Assembly (NCBI GenBank): GCA_964016885.1
Contig: OZ024743.1
Location: 32,550,001-32,614,000, forward strand
Reading direction: 5' to 3'
From: Eledone cirrhosa
Taxonomy: Eukaryota
Length of the DNA: 64,000 bases
Shown: positions 23,641 through 35,324 of the stretch, one piece after another
Layout of the letters: each line of letters starts with the position of its first letter
How positions within the stretch are numbered: the stretch's first letter is position 1
Notes under the pieces: model-generated
What the model was told of the DNA's origin: nothing
What the model saw: only the letters and a program-made list of their open reading frames with translations
Database searches by the model: none
Program-made: the position numbers and the translations under genes

Positions 23641-24352
23641 ACCTGTTTGATGATTGAACATATATCTGGTAATCGTGTACACCAAAACTTAAGTAAATTC
23701 AATGTTATTGCTGTTGGGTCTACTGATCTATAATTATTTATTTTAAGGAGGAGAATCATAAAATAAGTACCAGTCAGTTGCTTTGGTTGATATAATTGGC
23801 TAACATTATCATCATCTTTATTATCAGGTTGGTGGAATGGCAGAATTGTAAGTGCATCAGATAAAATGTATCACGGTATTTCATTACACCTCGTCTCCGC
23901 CTACATTCTGGTTTCAAATCCTGTCAAGGTCAACTTTACCCTTCATCCATTAGAGGTTGACAAAATAAAGCACCAGTAAAACAATGGGGTGGATTTAATT
24001 GACTTTCCTCTTCCTAAATTGCTGGCTTCCTGCCTAAATTAGAAATCCTTATTTCTTTTTTTTTCTTTGTGTTTCAAGAACCTTCTTCAGTGTTTGGGTT
24101 GTTTCTAATATTGCTGTCTTTTGAAGAAGTTCTGTCTAGATTTCAATTTCAAATTTCAGAATTAGTCTCCTTATTTTAGTTATCATGTTCAAAGCACAGG
24201 CTACTACTGGCATAACTTTAATCTTTTTCATTCCCCCTCTTTTTGTAGATCTCTTTCTTCAGATTTTGATGCAACTCAGTCTATGGAGTAAAACCATACA
24301 ATGTTGCAATCTTTACAATCTAAGCTTGTCAGATAATTACGATTTGCTTTAT

Positions 24353-24728
24353 GGTGCATATGGCTTAGTGGTTAGAGCATTGGCCTTCCAATCGAAAGGT
24401 TGTGAGTTCAATTCTCAGATCGGGTGATGTGTTGTTTCCTTGAGCAAGACACTTTATTTCACATTGCTCCAGTTTACTCACCTGTAGAAATGAGATGATA
24501 GGACTGGGGTCCCTATCATTCCACTGCAAAGTGGTCGTGGAGGTGCCACGACAACAAAGCACTCAGCCCACACTGTAAAGTGGACGTGTAGGCGCCACGG
24601 AAAAAAAGCACCCAGCACTCACTGTAAATGGGGTTGGTGTTAGGAAGGGCATCCAGCTGTAGAAATGAGCAAGAAATAGTTCCCGTCCCACCATTGCAAG
24701 CAGGGAAATGCGGACGTAAAATGATGAT
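24353..24728 (+). mobile_element. SINE family 2 with one extra 48-nt array unit
   Basis: Near-identical to 20137-20473 but includes an extra CAGCCCACACTGTAAAGTGGACGTGTAGGCGCCACGG unit. Confidence 0.9.
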
Positions 24729-25462
24729 CATCATCATATTATACCCATGTACATATAAATTTATACACACATGTTTCTATGTCTGTTGATTTTTCATTTT
24801 TTTTTCCTGCTTGCTTGGGTTGGACAAGATTTCTTTATTGGCAAGGTTTTCATAACCATGATGAATGCCCTTCCTGGCACCAACTCATACTTTATTCTAA
24901 GTGTAGTATAAGTTGCTAGTTTTCATCAAACTGAAGTAGGAACTGTTTATGGCTGACATAAACAACTGTCACTGCAGGCTTTATAGTGATGTTGATATGA
25001 TGCTTGCAGCAACTGGAAAACACATAAACAGACATGTTACACACACACATATATATGCAAATATATAACCATAACTGTGAAATCCCTACCATAAATGCAA
25101 ACAAAGGGACTCCAATCGAAAGCTTTGCCCGAATTCAAATAAATACCACCAATATACCTAAACCTGGCCCAACCTACCATACACACACCATACAAAACAT
25201 AAAGTAATAAACAACTAATCATGTCCTTCAGAACTATACTCCAAAACACACTCGCATGCATATCAGCTGTCATATTATATCTGCAGTGATCACAACAACA
25301 GGTTTTCTACAGTTTCAATCAACCATATTCACTCATAAGACATTATTTGGCCCAGTTGCTATATTGGAAGACACTTGCTGAAGTTGCCACACAATAGGAC
25401 TGGACCTGAAATCATGTAATTCTGAAGTAAACATCTTAACCACAGAGCAATGCTTGTGCATA

Positions 25463-25787
25463 AAGGGTAAAGATCCCCTTCAGTCACAAATGACCATGGG
25501 ATTTGCACCTAGAAAGTTCCTCTCTGAGGCACATGTCCAATCAAGATAGTCTATGGAAGACCAGCAGTTGTCCATGCATATCAGTCTCCCTTCACCATGC
25601 CACCGATTTTGTAAGGCTAATACAGCTTGGCACCAGGGATATCGCAACTCATTTCTACAGCTGAGTGAACTGGAACAACGTGAAATAAAGTGTCTTGCTC
25701 AAGAACACAATGCAAAGCCTGGTCCAAGAATCAAACTTACAACCTCACAATTGTAAACCCAGCACTCTAACCACTAAGCCATCCACT
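25463..25787 (-). mobile_element. SINE with a family-2-like head and core but a different tail ending TTTACCCTTT
   Basis: Minus strand reads TGGCTTAGTGGTTAGAG...TTGAGCAAGACACTTTATTTCACGTTG...CAGCTGTAGAAATGAG, then an unrelated 3' part. Confidence 0.7.
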
Positions 25788-26369
25788 TGTGTATATTATG
25801 TATTACGTATGTATGTGCATGTGTGTTTGTATGTGTGTGGTAATTCTGAGTGTGAGAGTAAGAGAGACCAATATTAAATGAGTTCTCAATATATATTAGT
25901 GGGTTTCATCTGTATAGAATACACACACACACACACACACGCATACACATGCATACACACACAATGTGTTTCAGCTTTCTTCTTTTTACTTTCATTGTTA
26001 ACTCGTTAAGTATGCTTACATTTATCTTTCAAAGACAACTAAAAAATTCTACTTGGTTAATTGTTAATTATCAATTAAGATTGTGCACTTTAATTCTATT
26101 CTGTTTAGCATATAGGAACTAATAAGCTTCATGTTTGAAGGTAAATCAGGACAGTCAGTCTTGCATGCAAAATCTACTCCCAGAGGATCTTAAGTTTTGA
26201 AATATTTCAATAAGTAAAGAACTGCATTCTTTAACCCTTTCCTTGCTGTGTTTCTAGTGAATTACACTGCTTCTAGTTTTCATATCATTTTGAAACTAAT
26301 GAAAAATTGTGAGGGGTTTAATAACATAACTAACTTTGTCAGTAAATTTGTATTTGAAACATAATTTAA

Positions 26370-26582
26370 CCCTTTAGTATTTAAACCAGGCATATCCTGC
26401 CTGAATTCTCTTGCCTCTTTCTGTTTAAATTGGCCATAAGCAGCCACACATAATTAAGGTATTGTTCCCAAAGTAAATATCAAATTCTCGTAGATTGGAT
26501 ATTATGTGAGATAATTATGTGAGGCAAAGCCTTTAGCATGAAAATACAATAGTAAATATAGAGTAATGTAAATGCTAAATAG
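26370..26582 (-). mobile_element. TTAA MITE-A nested in an older MITE-B (about 26231-26698)
   Basis: TTAA at 26366-26369 and 26583-26586. MITE-B sequence continues on both sides. Confidence 0.85.
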
Positions 26583-27023
26583 TTAACAAAAGTTCTTAGA
26601 TATAATTACAATGGAACAAATATAAACAGTTTAAAAGAAACACTTTTCTATCATCAAGCAATGGTCAGTTTCAGGTGGGTTGGTACCAATAGTATTAATG
26701 TTATTGACTGATGGATTATCTTCATGATGATTTGAAGAGAAATTTCATCTTCATTTCCACATGTGAAAATAAATTGTTTTATTTAACTCCTTTTTTCTTT
26801 TAGTGTGACATACAGTACAGTATAGTAGTAATTACTCACTATATAAAGTCTGTGACATAGCTCCAATTCCTAGATGTAAATTCTTCTCTATTATTTATTG
26901 TTATAAAATTGTTTACAACATAACGTGTTATAGAGACGTTAATAGATTTTGTAAGCTTAAATATATGAAAAGAATGGTTGTCGTGTGATTTGAATGTATC
27001 TTTTATATCCTGGGTTAGCTGCT

Positions 27024-27140
27024 GCTATCTAGGGGATTTAATTAGCATTGGACGAGGATTCTTTGAGAGCATAGTAGCTAGAATAAGGATAGGATGGAAG
27101 AAGTTTACGGAACTACTACCTCTGACGACAACAAAAGGTT
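27024..27140 (+). pseudogene. Short internal RTE ORF fragment
   Basis: Translates YLGDLISIGRGFFESIVARIRIGWKKFTELLPLTTTKG. Confidence 0.75.
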
Positions 27141-28416
27141 AATAATAAGAAAGTTATTTTACTGAATCCATCCCAATTCTTAATTAATTGTCTGTTATTA
27201 GAAATGTTATTAGAAATGTGGAAATGAAAGATTTAAGTTATGCTCCGAACACCAATTTAATAAGGAAAAAGTTAATTACATTACTAAATCCCCCCAAAGT
27301 CTTAATTATTTTCAAAGTTATTTGAAAAACCATGGACAGTGTTTTTTTTAGAATTATGACGATGAAAGGGTTAGCAGACATTGCCCAGCTCTGATAGACA
27401 CACGCACATACATATATATATATATATATGTATGTACGTATATATCTTTGATTCTCCCAGCACTTTCAGATATTTGATCCTCGTATTATGTGTATATTGA
27501 TAGATATATATAGGTCTCTGTATTGCTCTGCAAGGATAGACAGAGAGATATTTGGTTATAATCTCCAGATTATAGAAGCCTTTTTAGAGGAAATGAAATA
27601 CAAAAGAAAAATATACAGATGTACAGAGTTATGTTTTTCTTTGATTTATGATGAATAGATTAAACATTATTTTAATAACAAAAGCAGCTTCTAGCAATCT
27701 CCACACATTGAATTAATCAATTCATAGATTGCAGTTATATAAATAAACTTTAATCAATAAATCGTAATGTTTTACTGCTGTAACTTGGTAGTCTAGAATG
27801 TATTGTTCTGTCTGTATGTCATAATAACTGTACTTTTGTTCAGAGATTAAGTAGGATATCAGAGAATAAAATATGCTATCTCATTGCTACTTGTTAACTT
27901 GTGATTAAAAGGACATTATTTTGTAAAAATATTATTCATCCTTTAATATCTAACTGAATAAATAAGTGTTAAATTGTATGATGGCATTTGCAAAGCAAGA
28001 GAATTGCTCCAAGAAAATGAAGTTTGTAAACAGATTTCAATTCCTAGTTGACACTAATTATTCTCATTATGCTACAAGTGATATTGAAAGTGGCAGAAAC
28101 ATTACAGAATGTTGTTACTATCCCCTGTAACAATGTGTGGCCTTGAACTTAAGTAAAGAATAAAAACATTCATTTGTAAATTTGTTTCTAAAATTTTCAG
28201 GAAGTTTTCTTAAAATAATTAACTCTATCCTCACTTCCTTACAAGAGTTTACTTTCTAATCTCATAAAAATAATGATAATTTACAGGTTTTCTACAAGCA
28301 TTTTCTAGAAAAGTGTCAGAAATGGTAAAGTAAGGGATTAAATGTTTTGCATCATTTAATTATATCCCAGAGGTAGAATAAGAAGAGAGGTGATGTGCTT
28401 CACACGGTCATATATA

Positions 28417-28776
28417 TGGTATTTCCCCTATTATAAGACCTATTCCAAAAATCAGCTCTAGCATGATTTTTATGTTGCTGTCTAATATAAGCCCTACCCC
28501 GAAAATAAACCCTCGCACATTTTAGCAAGAAAAATTAGTATAAAAAATAATATAAAATGTTGATTTCCAGAGTCTTGTTGATTACTAACATAATAAATTC
28601 TTTTAATGATATTGTTTTTAATATTATAATACATATCCTATATTTTTGACATTAGTATAATCATACTTTTATCAAAACTCTTGTGCTATTATCTTTTGTG
28701 TAAAAATATAAGCCCTAATGCCTTTTTTTAGGGGGAAAATTAATATAAGACTTGTCTTATAATAGGAGAAACATGG
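28417..28776. mobile_element. pogo/Tigger-type MITE
   Basis: Imperfect 23-bp TIR (TGGTATTTCCCCTATTATAAGAC versus CCATGTTTCTCCTATTATAAGAC), internal ATAAGCCCTA subterminal repeats, TA flanks. Confidence 0.7.
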
Positions 28777-29758
28777 TATGTATATATAATTCAGTTCTAT
28801 ACAAGGGAGACACAGTCACCCGATTAATCTTGCCTCAAATGGGACAATTCCCATCTAACCCATGCTAGTGTGGAAGATAGACGTTAAACGATGATGATGA
28901 TGATGATGGTCTTCTTCTTTGCCCACTTCCCACTTATTCCTGGCAGAGTCATGGGGAAGGGGATGAAATACTTATAAACAGTTATAGGAAAAGACAAATA
29001 CCATTATATTTATTTTCAAAAATAAATGAATACTAATTACTAAATTCTACCTTTTTTGCCTTACTATAACATACAATTTTAGAATTCAAACAAACTTTTA
29101 ACTTTCTTCAAATTGCTATCAGTTAAAAGAAGTAACAAACGTCTATTTCCAACGATGCCGATTTATGTACAAGTTAATATGGATTTCTTTAAAACATTCT
29201 ATCAACTGCCCCAGAAGAAGGCACTATTTTAACAAGCTTCAGTGCAACATGTCTTTATACTAACATACCATGCCCATTAGTTCTAGAAGCAATCAAGTAC
29301 TGAGTAGAAAAATATTAAGTTATAGTAAATGAACTTTTCAAGATATGTCATCATCTAAGCTCTACACCTTATATTAGAAGAAAACACATGTAACTTTCAT
29401 AGAAAAGTATATAAGCAAAGAAAGGAATAGATATAGGCACAAAAGTAGCACTTTCATATGTTAACTTATGATGGGATTCCTAAAAGTAAAATCATATCAG
29501 GAAGTAGAAATGATATTTGGCCCAAATTGTAAAGAATGCATAATCAGGATTTGGAAACATTTTCTCAATGGGTGCTATATTTTGGAGACATTTAATAATG
29601 TCACCAGTAGTAGACAGGGTCTCCTATGCAGAATAACTAATGAGCTCCCACTGCCCTAGTCACTTCTTAGAGTTACTGCCTTCTAAAAGAAGTATAATTG
29701 TTATTGTTAAATTAAAAAGTTATATATATATGAATATACATTTCTGTTTGTATGGTTA

Positions 29759-30078
29759 AGGCACGTGGCAAGGTGGTGAGGGTATTTGGCTCACAATCGT
29801 AAGGTCGAGAGTTCGATTCCAGCCAGTGCATTGTGTCCTTGAGCCACACACTTTATTTCACATTGCTCCAGTTCACTCAGCTGACAAAAATGAGTTGTCC
29901 CTGTAATTCGAAGAGTCAACCATGTCACATTCTGTGTCATGCTGAATCTCCCTGAGAACTACACTAAGAGTACACGTGTTTGTGGAATGCTCAGTCACTT
30001 GCACGTTAATTTCATGAGTAGACTGATCCATTGATCAGATCAACTGGAACACTCGTCATCGTAACTGACGGAGTACCT
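29759..30078 (+). mobile_element. SINE family 3 (tRNA head, shared core, distinct 3' region)
   Basis: A/B boxes (TGGCAAGGTGG, GAGTTCGATTCC), core CACTTTATTTCACATTGCTCCAGTTCACTCAGCTG, 3' part GAGAACTACACTAAGAGTACACGTG...CACTTGCACGTTAATTTCA. Decayed relatives at about 12020-12170, 16790-16970, 30560-30790, 55185-55340 and 57355-57520. Confidence 0.75.
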
Positions 30079-30371
30079 TCCTCTGTTTGCATGAATATAT
30101 GTTTCTACATATTGTAGCATTTTTTTTTCAATGTGATAAAAATTATAACATAAAAGATGTTTAAAAATAAATAATGTGAACTATGATAAGATATTTGTTT
30201 TTAAATTAACAAATTGTTTTGTTTAGTTCTTCACTTATTCATGTTTAATGTAATCATAAACACTATTGTCCACAGATTAACACTTCCTAATTGGTATTTT
30301 AATGTATTATTACTTGTGTTGTTGGAAAGTTTATATTGTAATTATCATAAGAGTATTATAAAAGTATGAAT

Positions 30372-30530
30372 GCAGTATAGCTAACTGGTTAAGAAGTTCA
30401 CTACACAATCATAAGGTTCTGGGTTCAATCCCAGTGCATGGCATTTTGGGCAATTATCTTTACCATAGTCTTGGGTCAACTGAAGCTTTGTGAGTAAAAT
30501 TGTGTACAGAAATTGTGTGGAAGCCTGTTG
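30372..30530 (+). mobile_element. Older tRNA-headed SINE family 4
   Basis: GGTTAAGAAGTTCACT...GGGTTCAATCCCA...TTGGGCAA...CTTTGTGAGT...CAGAAATTGTGTGGAAGCC. Relatives at about 5070-5200, 11690-11820, 12420-12540, 16640-16770 and 25300-25460. Confidence 0.6.
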
Positions 30531-32479
30531 GATCAATTTTATCTATCTTTCCAAAGACTAGCCATCTCACATATTGTAACTTGCTGATTCTGCCCAGAAA
30601 TTATGTAAAATCTTTGCCAATGGTGGTGAGTAGGAAGGTGTTCCTAGGGCCAAGGACAACAGAAGTCTCCACAGCTATGGGCTCAACTACAAACCTGTTG
30701 GAGAGGAATCACTTACATATCAGTTCATGAGTCAGACATTCAATTGATCAAATGATTGACTGCTCAATGTTATAACCAACTGATGGTCCATCATTATGAT
30801 ATTATACTCAATTGTATTTTAGCTATTGTTAGGTAAAATTTAAGTTATTGCAAGTCTTTAATTGAAGCATCAATCTACTGCAATTTTTTGTTTTAACATA
30901 TTATTTGTCTTATACATTCTGTTTTCTCATGCTTACTATTGCTGCAAGTCCTCGCACTTTAAAACAACTAGCTACTTTCTATGCATGCCAGGGATGGTAG
31001 TAGGTTATCATTCTTCATTTAACATCCAGCATCTTATAAGATGTACTTTCTAGAATATCAGCAGTCTGAAGGAATCAAGTGTGAAATTTTTCAGATTATA
31101 CATATTTTTCTTGTTAATCCTGTTTAATGATATTACAGTCCAGCAATACAAAATGCATGTGTCATACTTATTGAATTTGAATTACTGCTCAGGAAGAACT
31201 TGAAATATAGCTCTCAGCTTTTGTTGTTTTAATGCTGGTGTTATGAGGTCAGGAAGAAAGTAAGTGGAAGACATTGAATAGAAAGAGTATTAAAGTTCAA
31301 ACGTACTTGCTTCCCTCCTCTCTGTCATGATATATTCTCAAGAGAATACAAAGAAGAGAAATATTGAATTTTTTTCACAATGAAGCTGATAGCAATTTGA
31401 AGAAAGTTACAAGTTTGTTTGAATTCTAAAATTGTATGTTATAGTAAGGCAAAAAAGGTAGAATTTAGTAATTAGTATTCATTTATTTTTTTACTTATAG
31501 GAAAAGAAAAATACCATTATATTTATTTTTATAACTGTCTATAAGTATTTTGCCTCAAAAGTGTGATAACCTATAAAATCTAGAATTTTTGACTGTAAAA
31601 TAGAAAGACATTTAATATGAAGAAAACTTTCTTTGAATTCATTCTATGTCAAAGAGATTAAACCATTGAAAAATTGTTATAATCTAATTCTTGTCTGCTG
31701 TTTACTGTTGCACAAATTCAGATATTCAACCAACAGATATTTCCCTTGAGAGAGTTACATAGAGTGAATTATGAATTACTTGCAAAACTGTTTACTTTAT
31801 TAATTTTCCTAGGCTTCCAAGCAAACTTAGCTCAGAAAAATTCAGGATATGGCATTTAATCAATAACATCACATGAAGTGGGTTCAGGCAAGTAAAAAGG
31901 AAAAAAAGATAGTTGAATGTGAAGACCATATCAAATATTAAAGTTGTAAAAAAATACTAGCAATAATAGTTATTGATTCAAAAGACATTTTAATAATCAA
32001 CATTCTTGCTTGTTTACCAGCAAATCTTGTATTTCTTTTAGATGCACATATCATTATCATAATGCATTCACAGTTTATTTCTTTTGGTTATAATATTGAT
32101 TGCAGAAACCTTAAAGATTCTTCCAGAAATTCAAAGAATTTTGGATAGCTCTTAGACAGTTTGGCAATAATCTAGGTATGATTTTATTACCATTTATGAA
32201 TGGTTTACCAGAAGGACTTAGATAAGTATAGACGTTTCTATGTAGTAGAGCATACCGTTCATCTGAAAATTTTTACATAAGCAAGGAAGAAATTCACACT
32301 TTGAACAAAATCGTCTAGAATATCTTTTTTTCGTGAACAAAAATTGTTACTGTTGCTTCTTCCACCACTAATACTACAACCAGCTCCAGCATCTTCACAA
32401 CACTATCTTTTGTATAAGGAAAGACTCGTGATGTATGCTGCAGACAGTAAACAAATTTACAAATAGAATTTATATGAGA

Positions 32480-33230
32480 TTTAATTTGAATTTATATGAG
32501 AAAAATGCACTAAGATAATCAAAAAGAGGAGGAAATAGATTATGAACACAACTATCATGCTAAGTAATGAAACATAAATGAGAGAATTACACCAAACAGA
32601 CTTACAAACACTTAAAAATCAATGAAATAGATTGAGTACAACACACAAAGAAAAGAAAAGTTGAAGAAGGAATATTATAGATGCACTAGGATAATTCTTA
32701 AAATTGGGCATACAACCTAAAACAGCTAAATCCAAAAGAAAAAATAATAAGTATCAATATTCCAGCTCACCCTGTATTAAATTATAGTTATATTCTCAAA
32801 TAGATATTAAATGAATTAAAAGGTCTAAACTGAAAACCAAGAAAAATAATGACACAAATTAAAATAATAATGCATTAGCCACAATCAGATAGAGAAGAAT
32901 TATATTTACTAAAAATATAGGGAGGCAGAGGCCTTATGCAACTAGAAAACTATTATAAAGTATCCACTTTGGGATTTCAAAAACATCTGTAAAGAATCAC
33001 GGAAACCTTATAAAAACAGCTACAAGTCATGAACTAAACAAACAACTGTTTTCTGTCAAATACAAAACAGTGGTTGAAATGACAAACGACTATGGGAATT
33101 GTGAAAAGGCTAACCATAAGCTAATAATGAGACTGGAGAATGTTATCTTAAAGCAATGGCAAGAAAATTTCTTACATATTCAATACTTGAATCAATTGAA
33201 CTTAGTGAAAATACAAATGAAAAAATCACT
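32480..33230 (+). pseudogene. Degraded R4/Dong-like non-LTR ORF relic (post-RT region)
   Basis: Broken motifs in order: KEYYRCTRIILK, INIPAHPVLNYS, KTRKIM, QSD...LYL...GGRGLMQLENYY, KQWQENFLHIQY. Confidence 0.5.
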
Positions 33231-33235
33231 GCATA

Positions 33236-33468
33236 TATATAAACAGAAAGGGTAGTAGAGTGGGTAATAGGAAAAGGGTCAGGACCTTGACAGCTGAGGT
33301 CTAGCCGTTTTGACAGCTAGATCGAACTAATGAATTCAGATCTAGCTGTCAAAATGCCTGGAGCTCAGCCGTCGAGGTCCTGACTCTTTTCCTATTACCC
33401 ATTGAGTACTCTGGTTCGTTATGGTCCACCTGGTATTTTATAACACCCTCTTTCTGTTTATATATATA
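33236..33468. mobile_element. Fold-back MITE in (TA)n with an internal palindrome (arms about 62 bp)
   Basis: Outer TATATAAACAGAAAG / CTTTCTGTTTATATA. Inner GGGTAATAGGAAAAG...CAGCTAGATC / GATCTAGCTG...CTTTTCCTATTACCC (33262-33400). Confidence 0.75.
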
Positions 33469-33688
33469 TCACTTGAAATATATGACAACTAAGCAGATGT
33501 TTTTGTAGGTAGTCAGTTTCATGAGTACATTAATCTCATGCACACCATCAATCTTCAGCCTTTATGAAACAGAATTAATGCTTCATGGGAGATTGATCTG
33601 CTATGATTAATCAGATACTTATGTTTACATATTCAAAGCTCATTCTTTTATAATTGCAATTTCACACAAGCGGACATAAAAACGATGA

Positions 33689-33712
<24 letters not shown>

Positions 33713-33725
<13 letters not shown>

Positions 33726-33966
33726 TGTATATATAGTGTATTTTGCAATGCACTGTATGCTTAATTAAACGCATTTTGAAGACCTTACGCTATTGTTTTA
33801 AAATAGTGACAATGTCACTTATTTAAATTTTCAGCAAAATGTTTGCTGAAAATTTAAATAAGTGATATTGTCACTATTTTAAAACAATAGCGTATGGTCT
33901 TCAATGCTTTTAATTAAGCATACAGTGTATTGCAAAATACACTATATATACATTCATATATATATC
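33713..33966. repeat. Near-perfect palindrome, arms about 125 bp, 3-nt loop
   Basis: Centre TCAGCAAA-ATG-TTTGCTGA (33831-33849). Arms extend into the flanking (TA)n with a few mismatches and one 2-nt indel. Confidence 0.95.
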
Positions 33967-35072
33967 ACTGTTTCAGAGCACCAATTCTAATATATATATA
34001 TATGTGTGCGTCAATTTTTAGACATGTTTGCTAGCTGGTGAGTATCTCTTGCTTGCCTCACATGGATATCTTTCCTTATGATTGACGATTCCCCCTGATG
34101 ATAAACATGACCTGCGATTGATTAAGATAATTAACAATATTCTTGCATTTTGAAACTGCATAAATTGGTTTCTTTACCAAATTGATTTCTTTTGAATGAA
34201 ACAGTTCTAGTTCTGTAGAAGCCATTTCTATATTAAATTACACACACACACACACCACACACCACACACACACACCACACACACACGCACATTATCCAGT
34301 CAGCATTTCTATGTCTTATTTTGGTACATGAAGTAGTTTTCTATGGCTGGATGTAACAACAAATCGGAAAATATGCATGAAAACCTGTTAATACACACAC
34401 ACATACAACATCCTTGTTTTGTTCATTGAAACTTCTTTTCTCACATTTTCCCATGGCATCTTTGTTGTTTTACTTGTTTATTTTTTATATTTCTTTCACT
34501 ACTAAATGAGTTTTGTTTTTTCTGAACTGCCCCTCCCCCAGTAAATTAAGTCTTCATACCTCAAGTCTTATCACATCTTATGCAGTGCACATTTGGGATT
34601 AACAAAACAAACAGTACATTGATTTCTTTTTTGTTATTTTTTTTTATATTTTACTTATTTCACCCATTCACATACTAACCTACCACATGGATTTTTTTTC
34701 GTTATTTTTTGTTTTTTATAATTTCTTTATTTCACTCATTCACATACTTAAGTCTGTAGTTTCTAACATTTATTAACCTCCTTCCAAAGAACTGTTACAT
34801 ATGATCATCTTTCTTATTCATGATTTCATAAATACATAAAAAATTTCATTTCAACAGCAAAAGATTAACATTTTAGAAAATGTGAGACTTTGAGGTTTAG
34901 ACAAAACAGATGATGTTGACAGGTAAGTTTGAAAAGCTCAGTTTGTGGATGGTCATCAGATCAGAAGTAGAGCAAAAGAGGTGCAAGAATGGGAGTGGGG
35001 GCTGTCACCCCTGACACAAGTACCACTAGGCACAGATATGAAGGGCATAGATTTCCTCTTAAAGTAATTTAA

Positions 35073-35276
35073 CCCTTTAGCATTTACATTACTCTATATA
35101 TATATACTATTGTGTTTCCACAGTAAAATCTCGCATAATATTGAATCTATGAGATTCTAATATCATTTATTGAGAACAATACTTTAACATCAGTATGAAT
35201 GGCCAATTACAGCCAGTTTGAACAGAAAGAAGTGAGAGAATTCTGGTTGGATATGGCTGATTTTAATGCTAAAGGA
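35073..35276 (+). mobile_element. TTAA MITE-A
   Basis: TTAA at 35069-35072 and 35277-35280. Immediately followed by a MITE-B end. Confidence 0.85.
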
Positions 35277-35324
35277 TTAATGTTTCTGATACCAAAATTC
35301 CGAAAACTGCCCTTCATTCTATGA

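Larger units (their letters stand above)
28966..31550. repeat. Long-range inverted repeat with a composite A-B-C ... C'-B-A' structure
   Basis: 29018-29122 is the reverse complement of 31386-31490 (1 mismatch). 28982-29016 is directly repeated at 31495-31529. 28966-28986 is inverted at 31530-31550. Confidence 0.85.

Noticed and set aside
31800-32182. Plus-strand exon candidates (31813-31887 with a GC donor; 32105-32175)
   Set aside because: Stops in all three frames; a non-coding exon cannot be supported without transcript data.
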